The translations under genes were made by a program, and so were the position numbers. DNA of 64,000 nt, taken from NCBI RefSeq assembly GCF_009834535.1, contig NC_045697.1:87236001-87300000 (forward strand), in the 5' to 3' direction. This document shows positions 14,679 to 27,783 of this stretch, piece by piece. Position 1 is the stretch's first letter, and each line of letters starts with the position of its first letter. Source of the stretch: Camelus ferus (taxonomy: Eukaryota). The notes under the pieces are model-generated. The model was not told the origin of the DNA and searched no databases. It worked only from the letters and a program-made list of their open reading frames with translations.

Positions 14679-15888
14679 CAGGCATACCTCATTTTATTAT
14701 GCTTTGCTTTTTTTGTGCTTTGCAGATATAGTATTTTTCACAAATTTGAAGGTTTGTGACAACTCTGCAAATCTGTCAGTACCATTTTCCCAACTGCATT
14801 TGCTCACTTGATGTTTCTCCGTTACATTTTGGTAATTCTTCTAATATTTTCAACTTTTTCATTATTATATTTGTTATAATATAGCGTTATATATATCACT
14901 GTGGTCAGTGATTTTTGATGTTACTATTATAACTGTTTTGGGGCGCCACGAACTACACCCATATAAGACAACGAACTTAATGGATAAACGTCTACGTTCT
15001 GACTGCTGGCCTTTCTCCTATCTCTTTTCCTCTCTTCAGACTTTCCTATTGCCTGGGATACAGTATTGAAATTGCACCAGTTAATAACCGTACAGTGGCC
15101 TCTAAGTGTTCCAGTGAAAGGAAGAATCAATCAATGTTGGCAAACTTCGTCTTATTTTAAGAAATTGCCACTGCCACCCCAGCCTTCAGCAACCACCCTG
15201 TTCAGTCAGCAGTCATCAGTATCAAGGCAAAACCCTCCACCAGCAAATTGATTATGACTTGCTGAAGGCTTATATGATGGTTAGCCTTTTTTAGCAATGA
15301 AGTATTTTTAAATGAAAGTATGCACATTGCTTTTCTTTTCTCACTTACAGTGATTTTTTAAATATAAATTTTTCTGAAGTATTGTCACTTTACAGTGTTG
15401 TGTCAGTTTCTGGTGTACAGCACAGTACTTCAGTCATATAGGAACATACATATATTTGCTTTCATATTCTCTTTCACCATAAGTTACTATAAGATATTGA
15501 ATATAGTTTACTGTGCTATACAGTATAAGTTTGTTGTTTATCTATTTTTTTATGTATTAGTTAGTATCTGTAAATCTCTAACTCCCAATTTATCCCTTCC
15601 CACCCCTCTCCCCCTCTGGTAACCATAAGTTTGTTTTCTGTGTCTGTGAGTCTGTTTCTGTTTTGTAAATAAGTTCGTTTGGCTTTTTTTTTTTTTTTTA
15701 GATTCCACATGTAAGTGATATCATATGGTATTTTTAGACATAATGCTATTATACACTTAAGAGACTACAGTAGAGTGTATTTTGTATGTGCTAGGCAACC
15801 AAAAAGTCTGTGTGACTCGCTTTATTGCAATATTCACTTCATTGCAATGGTTTGGAACCAAACATGCACTGTCTCCAAGATATGCATG
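14679..15888 (+). mobile_element. Internally deleted Tigger1 (TcMar-Tigger) with both ends, interrupted by an L1 3' fragment
   Basis: TA TSDs (14677-14678, 15889-15890), termini CAGGCATACCTC / AAGATATGCATG, and transposase start and end remnants joined near 15120. Confidence 0.92.
15331..15730 (-). mobile_element. LINE-1 3'UTR fragment nested in Tigger1
   Basis: Homologous to the 3'UTRs of the young L1s (ggtaaccataagtttgttttctgtgtctgtgagtc; ttagattccacat). Tigger1 sequence resumes at tttttagacataatgc. Confidence 0.9.
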
Positions 15889-16299
15889 TATATGTAAATA
15901 TATAAACTACTTTCAAAGGCTTTAAACATTAAATTTCTTTTCATAAGCCAGCCCAGGCACATCTTATCCATCAATTCAGGCAGAGCTCTTGGATCTGTCA
16001 GAAACAGCCTATAGGTTTGCACTGGGTGATTAATTGCCAGGGGAATCTGGTTCTATATTTCATTACATAGAATTGTTATCTTTTCTAAAGGTGTTCTTTT
16101 ACTAAGCTCCTACCTTAAACAGGAGGAAATACACACACATAACTTACATTCCTATTGCTTAGCACTTCTTACAAAAGAAAGAGGAAAATTTTAGCCTAAT
16201 CCAGTAACAGAGGCCCATTTGTCTTGGTTTACAGTTTTTCCCCCCAATTGTATCTAAACCTTAATAATAATTTTAATTGCCTAGAAATTTGTCTTGAGA

Positions 16300-16560
16300 T
16301 AGCAGTATGGAATAATAGAATATAGTTTAGTTACTATGATCTGAGGGTGTAGAATTAAACCTTAGTTCAAATTCCAGCTTTACTGCTTAATGTTCCTCTG
16401 ACCTTTGGTGATTACTTAACCTCTTCCAGCCACCATTTTCTGTCTTATAAATTGAGTATAAGACTATCCTCCTGAGTGTTATTGTGAGGATTAAGTGAAT
16501 TGCTGTAGCAAAGCACTTATCACAGTTCTGAATATATAGTAGGAGCTCAATAATATTATT
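16300..16560 (+). mobile_element. MIR SINE
   Basis: gttcaaattccagc...ttacttaacctct...ttgtgaggattaagtga...aaagcactta...gctcaataa. Confidence 0.85.
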
Positions 16561-17879
16561 CTAAACATTGTTGGAATGCTACTTCTAAGTCTACCATTTA
16601 ATCTTGTGTGATTCTTGACATTAATTTAAACTCTCTGGACCTAAGTCTTCTCACCAAATGTAGGAGTTTAGAAATGAATGAAGTCTTTATGGTACTGATA
16701 CCCTATGACTTTCTAATTATCATAAAGTCAAACTAAGAAAAAATATTTTTTGCTTTAGATACAAATTATTCTTGCCCTCCCTTATAACTGACAAAGCAAG
16801 GAATCTGGCTTCTGTTTACACTGTAATCTTTGCATTACTTTTGACTGTGAGTATTCAGTATGGTGTATTTTGGTGTAGTAGTTGAGTATGAACTCAAGAG
16901 TGAGACTGTCATACAGAGACAGAGCCATAAGCCTTAATGTATGCTGCCTCTTGCTTAGGAGATCTCTAAAGATGCACAGACACACCAATAAGATGAGAGA
17001 AGAAAATATTAGAAACTTATATTCATGATTATTTTATGTAGCATTATTTTTTAAAATGTACATTTATGTGTGTTATATAGTATACACAGTATGTTAATAC
17101 AGGGATGCATGTATATACTTTTCTGAATAAATACAGGAATACTGGGAGAAAGTGCTCAAACTAATTTTAATAATATGAATGAATGATCAAAAAAGTTTGA
17201 AGACAACAGTCCTAGGAGCCACTGTCTTCCAAACTGATCTAGCTGTCATTCTCAATTGTCTACCCTGTACTCCTTGGAGATGAACATGTGCTAAGGAACT
17301 AAATCAGACTTCTTTTTATAGCTCCAGAGAGCTTGGAAAGACCATAACTAGTGAGTGGTTCTTTGCTAAAGATAGGGTAAATGCAGTGTGGAATCCAGGT
17401 TATTCTGGGTATATTGATGACTTGATGTGACGGAATAGTGAGATATCTGAGAGATGTGAAATTAGTTGGTTCTTTTCAGTACTCCTATTTGAACTTGACC
17501 ATGTAAATAAGAAAATTCAGCTGTTCTCAGTGTCTTGGAACCACAAAAACACACTTCAGTAGGATAACCAAACTCCTTTTCTGCTCATATTTAATGGTGA
17601 TACAACTGGTGGAGCTTTCTGACATTTAAAAAAGTTTTATTATAAGTATCATACCTTCATAGAAGTGAGGAAATTATTATTTATTGTTTACTGAATCTGC
17701 TTAGAAAACATCAGAAATAAAGGAAAGCCAATAGATTTATTTCTTAAGTGGACTTACTTTAAACTAGAGCAGCAACATTTGGAAATAACTCACAGTGGAC
17801 ATTTTTCTCTCCATAACAAGTTCCATAATGGGTTGATAAGACCCATGTCATAGAACATGGATACTCAGGGGTAAGTGAT

Positions 17880-18055
17880 TGCCCTAATCTCTTTTGAGGG
17901 GGCAGATTCTTTTGGGAATCTGATAGATATCCTCTCCTGAGAAATGTGCATACAAAGTTTTTGCATATAAAATTTGGCCTACAGCTTCAAAAGTTTACAG
18001 GTACTCCCTTCCCTAAAGCTATCCAGGAACTGTCAGGTAATTGAGATCCTCTGGA
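17880..18055. mobile_element. MER103-like hAT-Charlie fragment
   Basis: ttttgggaatctgat...cctctcctgagaaatgtgcatac...tttgcatata resembles the recalled MER103C consensus. Confidence 0.55.
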
Positions 18056-18544
18056 CAGTGAGGGGGATGTTGCTACATTTGTACTCCAATCTATGAGTCA
18101 CTGTGTAATCACTATAGTATTGACCAGCTTTCTATAAACTGTTTATTTTCCAGGTTTAACTTCAGAAAGTCATTGACACAATTCTTAATTTTATGTGTTG
18201 TTTTTGCACTTGAAAATTACGGTATCCGCGTTATCTGCTCATTATGTGGTATCTGCTTATGAGGTGTTGAGTATCTAAATTTTTTAGAAGACCATGTCAG
18301 TCATCATCTGAATCTTCGAAAACAAATATCATCTTAGATTTGACCACAGAGTTACGAGGTGATAGAGCAATTCTTATAGCAAACTTATGAAGTAGGCAAG
18401 ACAGAGAAACAAAGTGTTCCTTTTACAGATGAAAAAACGTAAGACAAGAGCAGTTAGAGTGATTTGATTCATCACTGGGATGGGGACAAGGGACCATCCA
18501 GGTATACCTGTGAGGCTTTTTCAAACCAACTTCTACAAGCCGTA

Positions 18545-18897
18545 TCTCTCCAAGTCTAGTCACGGGACTCCCTGCATCAGACTCAGCTGGCATACTTATT
18601 AAGCATGCAGAATCTGACCTCTCCCTCCAGACCTAATATATCCAAATGGAACGTAAATTCTAGATTAGCAAATGAGTCAATGATTCCTGTGCACACTGGG
18701 GTTTATGAAATGATAAACCACCTGAACAGTGGTTTAACTCTGACTGCACATTGGAATTACTTCAAGATCTTTGGAAAAATTATTTGCATGGACCTGGACT
18801 GATTGAATAAAAATCTCTAGAGGAAGGAGTCCAAGGAAGCCTACTTTTTAAAAGTTTACCAGGTGATTGTGATGCACAACGAAGATTAAGAACCACA
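18545..18897. mobile_element. Two adjacent MER5-type hAT-Charlie MITEs
   Basis: ctgcatcagactcagctgg...atgcagaatct; then cagtggtttaactctgactgcacattggaattac...ccaggtgattgtgatgcac...ttaagaaccac. Confidence 0.7.
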
Positions 18898-18902
18898 TTG
18901 TA

Positions 18903-19110
18903 AGGGATTTGGAAACTTTTTCTGTGAAGGACCAGATAGTAAATACTTTAAGTCTTTCAGGTTATATTATCAGTTGAAGCTACTCAACTTTGCTGTCCTA
19001 GAGTGGAAGCAGCTAAATGACTGAATATGGCTGTGTTCCAATGCAACTTTGTTTATAAAAACAAGTGGTAGTACAGATTTAGCCCATGGGCTATAGTTTG
19101 CCAAACTCCA
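18903..19110 (+). mobile_element. MER58A-like hAT-Charlie MITE
   Basis: ggaaactttttctgtgaaggaccagatagtaaata...ggctgtgttccaat...gatttagcccatgggctatagtttgcc. Confidence 0.85.
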
Positions 19111-21399
19111 CGTTGGTACATGGTCCTCAACATGCCTCACTGAGCCACTGTTGGACTGTGTTCTATCTCTCAGGTAGTTTTGGTTGTTTGACATGAGGGT
19201 TGAAAACTATTGTATTAAAATTCAATTAGTACATAATAGAACCAGATTTTTGAATTATGAAATAGTTAAAGAAAAGAAAGACCTTGCAGTATGTATTATC
19301 AAAGATAATATCAAAACAAAAAGGCATCGGGTACTAAGAAGAAGAAAGATGCACTCAACAGCCAAAGCAGATAAAGCAGATGCAGTACTGATGGTCACAG
19401 AGCTCAGAAGTAGGCTAGGATCAGCCTAAGAGTTTGGGGCGGGGGATGGGAGGAAGGCAAAGAAAAGGATGAAACAGTCCTGCACTCTCAGATGGTGGGA
19501 TTGATAAGAAATATCTTCCTATACCTTTGTATTTTGTACCTTAAAAAAATTGGGATGTTGGCAGAAGTAGAAAAGAGAAATGATCATTCTGTTTGGGGTG
19601 GGCAGTAGGGTAACAGTGTTGTTCAGCTCCATGGCTATAGAACAATCATGGACCTTGCAGGTGCAAGCAGGGAGGCAGTGTGTATAGCTCTGTAGTGCTA
19701 CATTGCAGTACCCATCAATCCTGGGGTGACTATTCAAGTCACACTGTATAAATCTGTCATGCTGCATCTCTATCCTTGATGGCTACCTTTAGTACAGAAT
19801 AATGTGTAATCATGGTGGGGGGAAAAGTTTGAGTCAACAAGAAAAGGTTCGTTTACATTTTCTACATCATTCATTGTACATAGTATATATTAGAAGATTT
19901 CTATTTTAAGTTTTAAAAAATGGTTTATATGTATTGGATTCAATACTCCAGCTATCCAGAAAATATCCTTAGCAGTTTGTACCACCTGAAATTTCTTATA
20001 TGTGTGCTTCTGCATCTGATAGGTATCTGCAGGTAGATCACCGTACATTTTGACAAACTTTTTAATTTGGAAAAATGTGTCCCTTGAATACCTTACAGTC
20101 CAGTGGGGGCATTAGGGTATGTAAACATATATGCAACAGACATGTTAACAATGTTTGGGTGTAATATAGAGAAGAAAATGTTTCATTGTGTATGTAGAAG
20201 TGATTTGAAGGAAGAACTAGAATTCACGTGGAGTACATGCATAAGGATGGGGAGGACTGTTCAGAGAGATCAGCGCATACAGAGGTGTGAGGGATGTGCT
20301 ATTTTCAGGGAACTACAAGGAGTTCAGTATTGTAGAAAACAAAGGGCAAGGAGGGGTCAAATGATGGAAGCTGATGCTGGAGAAACAAGCAGGGGACAGA
20401 TCATTCCCCCCCCCCCCCCCGGACTACCACCTCTCACCACTGTTGCTTATTGACAACCTATGTGTTTATTTATATTTAACTATTATTAAAATCAATGTTT
20501 ACATGTAAGGAAGGTGTCCCCACTGTCAGCTTTTTGACCTTATGGAGAACTTTTAAAAGAGTGCATTTTATATAGATATTTGAAAGATTAATTGCACTGT
20601 TTTGTTTTCTTCTGTAGTGTATCAAAAAGCAGATTCATTTTTTATAAGAGGAAAAATTAGAATTAGTTCTCAATAAATGGTATTTTGACTTTGTAAAAGG
20701 ACTCTTTAATAGAAGTACATGAAGAGTATATCATTCTACTAGAATTGTGTGTGTGTATTGAATTGTTTTTGTTCTGTTTTCTTAACTCTTTTGTGCTCAT
20801 CATCCAGTACTACGAATTACTGTGGTACATTCTTCCTAAACACCTGCTGTCAAATGGGTCAAGTCTTTTCTTGCACAGTGCTACGGGTTTCTACAGAACT
20901 GAGCAAGCCCAGCATTAGACAGATAGCCTACAGACTGATTGATTTGTTTTAATACAAACACATGCTCAGATGTTGTCATATAAAAATCCTTTTCAGAAGA
21001 ATTATTTTTCAAAGAACAAAGAACATTGTATCCCTAGCATCTAATCCTGTGCCTGGCACATAGCAGATACTCACAAGTGTTTGTGGAATTGAACTGCTCT
21101 GTGAAGTCTCAAACTGAACAGTAAAAACTCCGTCAACTCTAGGAGTAACTGAATATCTTAAATAGCTATAATATGAATTGAAATATTTAAAAAGCATTTC
21201 TATCAGTTGAAAAATGAAGTTGTAACATATCGTAAGATCCAGATTTTAATTTGGGAAGTATTATTCTCTCTACAGGATACAAATACAGGTACAAATCTGT
21301 ATAAAAGAAATCTTGCTTTATCTTTATCTTTCTTTGCAGAATGGAGAGGCATTGTCAAAAGGGGGAAATGTCTAATAATAAGTTGAAAACTTCAGGCAG

Positions 21400-22130
21400 T
21401 TCTACTTCAAAGATATCTCTTAAATTGTCCTTCCCAGGTTCACTCCCTCTATTATTATTCTTGTTCTAATTTAAGACCTCTAGATTGTATTTGCTTCCTA
21501 ACTGGAAGCTGCGCTTCGTTCCTGTGCTACCCCAACACTGCTGCCAGAATTATTTACTTTCTTAAACAGAAAATTGAGTCTGTTCTTACCTAATTAAAAA
21601 CCTTTCACACTTTCCTATGGACTATGATGAGATAAAAACCAAAGTCCTTGGCATTACTCACCTTATGTAATATAATCATACCTGTGGAGTTTTTTGTTTG
21701 TTTGCTTGTTTTTTGTTTTTTGCTTCATCTATCTCTGTATTCCTGTGTTTCTGAGAATCCTCCACCTGTGCTCCCCAGACTTTTCCATAACATATCACAC
21801 ATGGTAATAATAACCAGACAAAGTCACTGTCTGCCTGGAGCCTCTGGCTTCTCTGGGCTCCTGGCCCTCCTGAGAGCTGAAGGAAGCAATATTCTAAGCA
21901 CACCTAATCCGTTCCTGGTGCAACTGGTGGGAAGGTCTGCCTCACACTGTGGCCACAGTAAACCGTTTGCCCTCCCAGGAATGATTTGTACATCACTGTA
22001 CCTTTAATTCTTTGTACATAGTGTGTACTCTACCTTTTCCCACTTTCTCAACCTGGTGAATTTCTCCTGTTTGTCATTTAAGACTCATCTCATTTGGATC
22101 AGGGTAACGATTCTAGATTTTTTAAGGAAA
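21400..22130 (+). mobile_element. LINE-2 relic
   Basis: caacactgctgccaga, taaaaacctttca...gataaaaaccaaagtcctt and acctggtgaatttctcc landmarks. Confidence 0.6.
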
Positions 22131-22879
22131 TTTGAAACTTCTCATTTTCCATTTTCTGAACCAGTTGCAATCACTATAACTACACTAATAATGATTTTAT
22201 GTTTTAAAAATACAAATAAAACTTGTATTTCCTCAGCTTTTTCAGAAATATTTTCTTTCCCCCATAGATGATGCTCTCCATGGTTTCAAATATACCCGTC
22301 TCAAAAAAAGTTTATTTAAAGGATGTTGTGTGTAGTAAAGATATATATCATTACTACTTAGTCATAGTATAAAATTAAAGGATATCAAATTATTTCTTAT
22401 GAAAAGGTTTACTAAGCTAAAAAACTGTAAGAGAGGATTATGAAAATTGATTTCCTTGGTTTAACAGATCTACTGCTTTTTTTTAGTGTAACTGACCTTG
22501 ATCTCTAACACATTACTCTCTTAACTATTTCTGCCTTTCTAAAATGTTTTATATATTCATTAGGTAAATATTGTTGGTTTTATCTCATTAAATGATTGGC
22601 TTTTAGTATCACAGCATCTGTCAAGTTGCAATTTGATTCTCACTTCATCCTTAAATTATTAAATTAGCACTTACTTGTGTATTTTTCATATTTTTTACTA
22701 CTGTTTTAGCCCATTGATTAAAACTTACTGCATTTAGCTCTTTGTATGTTGACTTTTCTTCACTTTTAAAGTGTAATTTCTTAAAGGTTAGTACCAAGTC
22801 ATATGCTGCTCTGTATTGCTCATAGTGCTTTGCACAGAAAAGTTGCTCAGTTGGAAATTGTATTCCTGAAACATTTAGA

Positions 22880-23620
22880 ACCCTCCTAGAGTTCAGACAA
22901 CACTACAAAGCTACAGTGATCAAAACAGTGTGGTATTGGCACAAAACAAACATACAGATCAATGGAACAGAATAAAGAGCCCAAAAATAAACCCACACAC
23001 CTATGGTCAATTAATCCACAATGAAGGAGGCAAGAATATACAGTGGAAAAAAGGCAGTCTCTTCAACAAGTAGTATTGGAAAAGCTGGACAGCCACATGT
23101 CTATGAAATTAGAACACTCACTCACACCATATACAAAAATAAACTCAGAATGATTTAAAGACCGAAATATAAGACATGACACTATAAAACTCCTGGAAGA
23201 GAACATAAGCAAAGCATTCTCTGACATAAATTATGGCAATATTTTCTTAGATCATGCTCCCAAGGCAAAAGAAAGAAAAGCAAAAGTAAAACAGATGGAA
23301 CCTAATCAAACTGAAGAGTTTTTGCACAGCAAAGAAAACCATAAACAAAATGAAAAGACAGACAACCTACAGAATGGGAGACAATATGGGAAAATGATGC
23401 GATTGACAAGGGCTTAGTTTCCAGGATATACAAACAGCTCATACAACTCAATAATGAAACAAACAAACAAACAGCCCAATCAAGAAATGGGCAGAAGACC
23501 TGAATATACATTTTTCCAAAGAAGATGTACAGATAGCCAACAGGCACATGAAAAGATGCTCAACATTGCTAATGGTTAGAGAAGTGAAAATCAAGCAATG
23601 CAAAAAAAAAAAAAAAAAAA
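22880..23620 (+). mobile_element. LINE-1 ORF2 fragment ending in A19 inside ORF2
   Basis: Homologous to ORF2 from DFR.YYKATVIK to REMQIK, followed directly by A19 (23602-23620). Confidence 0.9.
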
Positions 23621-23967
23621 CACATTTCCAGAATTCAGCTGTGTTCATCTCTAAGCTGAATAATGTGGATCAACAACATGAAAAGATTTAATAAACGCAG
23701 GCATGCTCTAGGACCTCCTCTCTTTAGTGATTCCTTTGTCAAATTCCTATTGAAGAGAGCAAGCATTTCTGTAACTTCCCTTTCTCTATTTCAAAAGGCT
23801 ATGAATTGACCATTTCAGAGGCTATGATAAGATGCAGGGTGAGAAAGAGGCAAGTAGAGAATTGTTAAATAGCAGTCCTTTTTAAACAATGAGATTTAGA
23901 AATATAAATCAAGAATCTGTATTTTAAACTGACTTGTCTATCATTATTCTAATTTCATGGTTTTAGA

Positions 23968-25090
23968 ACATTCATTCTTTCATTCATTCAGAGAACATTA
24001 ATGTCTACCATGTGCCAAGTATTAGGATCCAAAGATAAGTAGCATTCCCTATATTCAAGGAACACAGTCAAGTACCTGGAATAATTATGCAGGAACAGTA
24101 ACAATGATAATAGCATCCAAATTGAGGCATACACACCATGCGCTAAGCACTGTGCTGATATGTAAATTTTATCATGCAATTCATACAATCATCCTCTGAG
24201 TAGATACTAACTGTTAAGGATTTTAAAGTACCAAGAGGTTTAAATGATTTGTCTAAACACACAGCTAATAAATGTTGGAGCTAGAATTTTAACCCAGGTA
24301 GGCTGATTTTTTTTTTTTGCCCTCACTTTTAACTTGTATGCCAAATTATAAGTTACACAGTACTCAGAAGAGTCACAGAAGGCTGTATAAAAAAAGAAGA
24401 TTTTTAAGCTGAAACTTGAATACGAGCTGGAGCTTGCCTGATGGACTAGGATGAAATGTCATTTAGAGCAGAGAGAGAAGTATATGTGAGGGCAAAGATG
24501 CAGAAAGCAGCATGGAGTTTGGCTAACTGTGAGTACTTAGATGCTCTTACAGCCACAGGATGAGAAAGGAAAAGTAGCTGCAGGTAAATTACACCAAAAT
24601 TAGAAGCCTGAAATACTGTGCCTGAGTTTGACTTTTTCCCTTGAGGTACCATTAAATGATTAGAAAAGAGAAAATTACAGTATTTGCAGTTAGAACGATT
24701 GCTTTGGCAGTGATGTAGATAGATGGAGAGGAAGGAGAGAATAAGACTGCAGGCAGAAAAACAACCAGAAAGGTAGTTAATGACATTCTAGACAAAAGAT
24801 TATGTTGGCTTGGCTTCATCAGGTAAACATGTATTGAATGTCTTCAATGTGTTATTGCTGAGTTTACAGTATTGAATAAAAGAATATAATACCTGCTATT
24901 ACATACTGCCTATAATCTGTTGGGAAATACAGACAGTAAACAAGCACACAAATATTCAATAAAGAAGATGAGGTAGAAGTAGAAGTTTCAAGAAAGATTT
25001 AAGAGGTAACATTAGCCATGCCTATTAATTGGTTGAATTTAGAGGGAGAGAAAGATGCCTAGAATAAGTCTAAGGTATCTTTGAAATAAA
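23968..25090 (-). mobile_element. LINE-2 relics with a nested MIR (about 24100-24340)
   Basis: (ttca)n L2 tail with ctaccatgtgccaag; MIR core atcctctgagtaga...gagctagaattttaacccagg; further L2 segments downstream. Confidence 0.7.
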
Positions 25091-26684
25091 TCAGAGCTGT
25101 TACCAAGGATCTACCTCTCCAGTTTCTAGAACTTTTCTCTCCATGAATCATGACATACTGATATGTTTTCATTACAGTAAAATGTAGAGGCTCAGTGCTG
25201 CTTTTCTTTATAGAAGAAAGTGTTTGCTACACTCACATACACACCCTTGTTGATCATTTTAAGTGAGTGGGGTCCAGTAGAATGTGATTTTTCAAAGTGT
25301 CTATTTCAATGCTTTGCTCTGAACAAGTACTTCTATGCTAATTAAGTTAGATTTTGACATTGATAGAGTATGAAATTACAAGTGTTGAACTTCAGAATTT
25401 ATAAAAAAGAAAAGATAGCTGTGTTACTGTGGTATAGGGTTGGATCAGTAAGAATCCTTAGTATGAGATACCAGAAATGCTGTTGAGTTCATTTTGTAAA
25501 GATCAAAAGAAGACAAGATAGTAGTAGTAGTTTAATTAAGTAGTGTAATTGCTAAAATAGTAATAACACATTTTTGGTAAAGACCATGTCATGTAAGTGG
25601 TGGGCATTGCCTTGGGTATGCTAATAATGTGGAATTGGGTCTGAAAGTCCCATTTAAAGGTCATCTTATTAGATTCTTAGTCTAGGGTGCACATGCAGAT
25701 TTCACTTGAACTCAGTGGAATTATTTACAGCACTGTGTGGGAATGTTTTCTCATCTTGTGTATTTTGAAGGGGATTCTTGTCAGAAGCACATGGGCCTCC
25801 TCTCTGATTAAAGAGCCACCATTATTTTCACATATGAGGAAACTGATGCTGTTAGAGGTAATGGAGACTTGCCCAAGGTCTTGAATCAGTCCTCCTGAAA
25901 AGGCAGTTTGCCTTATGATTTTTTTTAATAGAGTTCATGTAAGACTGCAGTGTCCATGACCTTGAGGTCTGAAGGGTTCAAAGTATTAGGAAGCCTGGGC
26001 TTGTTTCTTCATTGAGAGTTGTCATATAGTGATCTTAAAATAACAGAACATGCCATCATTCAGAATACATTCTTCCACCCTAATATGGCAGAACAGTATT
26101 TTTAAAGAAATTCTAGGAAGGGTGTTAACTCATTCAGGATTTTACAGGAAGGAAAGCTCTTTCCTACCTTTTTTTGAGCTAACTTTCACTGACAAAATCA
26201 GGCCAGAAAAAGCCTAGCTGGCTGTTGGCCCAGACAATGTTACAGTCACTGAAGTGTGCTCAACCTGCAGGGCCCCCGGGATAGCTACAACTGTGGTGGA
26301 GGGATGGAGGGGGAGGGCACAGATGCACGCTGAGTGCTGTTCCAGTGACTTAGATGACGTGTCTGCTCTGTATCCTTTACTGTGTTCTTTCAACTTTTAG
26401 AAAGGAAATTTTAAAATAGCCTACAGTTACTTTTCCCAGAAAGGTGAAAAGGATAACTTCAGCCTTAAAAAAATAACCAATCCATTCACAGCTATATTCC
26501 TAGCAACTAAAACAGAGCCTGGCACATAGTAGGTGTGTAATAATTGTTTTGATGAAAGAATGATTTAAATTTATTTTGTTATCAATGTTATACTTCAGAT
26601 CAAGAAATTTTTTTTCCTTTATCCATTTATGCTGAGTATCATATTGTACTGGCAGGATAGTAAAGTAAAAAAGGTCTGATTTAA

Positions 26685-26870
26685 CATGCAGAAACCCCCT
26701 GCTTTCAGTTCAGTTTCTGCCATTTACTGTATGATCTTGGGCCTCGTATTCTTTTTCTTAATGTGTGTATAACAATCTCTATTTCACAGGATTTAGAGTA
26801 ATATTAAATGAAATACACTATGTGAAAATTGCTTTATAGATTCTTAAGGGCTATATAAATATTAGTGCTA
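26685..26870 (+). mobile_element. MIR SINE fragment
   Basis: tctgccatttactgtatgatcttgggcctc...ttcacagg...attaaatga...tgtgaaaattgcttta. Confidence 0.7.
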
Positions 26871-27783
26871 CTCATCTTAGATAACATTTTCAATAATTTG
26901 AAAAACCATGTTTACTGGTATCGTCCTAATTTTCTCAATCCTGTATGTATTTGTTTTACGTGGGAAGAAATGATCCCCATGATTGAAATGCAGTTTTGAA
27001 TTCTATGATAAAGTATAGTTCAGGGAAGCTGATCATGCATCATTTCTACCTAATGAATTAACGTTAAATGTGGGGAATATTCCGAAAATAATTAAAGACT
27101 TCATTTTTAAACAAAGGCACTATTTACTGTGTGTTTGTTGATTGACTATTTGCTTGCTGATTTATATGTGACTTAAGAATTAATAGATATTTGGTAAACA
27201 TGTACCATGTTCTAGGTGTTGTGACGTGTGCAAAAAAAGTATATAGCAGCATTTTCCAAAGTGGAAATGTCATATTAGCTTTTGAGATGTTTCATGGTTA
27301 GAATTTGAGACAGAATTCCTATATACTACTGCAGCTTTCTCTTGGAGATTTTTAATACCCATTAGTATAGGCTTCAGAAATTCCTAAATTTAGAAACCTG
27401 TTCAATTTTTATTTCTACCCAGGACTTCTAAACTTAAACAAGAAAACCCTTTTTTCCATCTGGTAACATTTACCTGAGTATTTTATGAAACATTGATATG
27501 AGATGTGACGATACTGATTCCATGATTTTTAACAATCTATTTGAAACTCTAAACATAAATATAAGATAGTTTTTTAAAAAAAAAAAAAAAGGAGAGCTAA
27601 CTATGGGATTGAAATGGTTGTGATACTTGTCATCCATATTCATGACCAACTCATAGAAATTGATCTGTTATAGCTTGCTAAGTAAGTATTCTTTCTCTTA
27701 GTGACCACTTATGTGACTTTTCCCAAACTGCATAGTTGAAAAGGATAATCTTTCCAAACAGAAAAGATCTGAAAACATCTCTT

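Noticed and set aside
20103..20453. 116-aa ORF with poly-Pro
   Set aside because: The poly-Pro comes from a C15 homopolymer (20406-20420) in L2-like sequence, and the start is GTG.
27245..27490. Possible ancient hAT-Charlie relic (and a Tc2-like relic near 49840-49990)
   Set aside because: The resemblance is too degraded to assign family or boundaries by eye.
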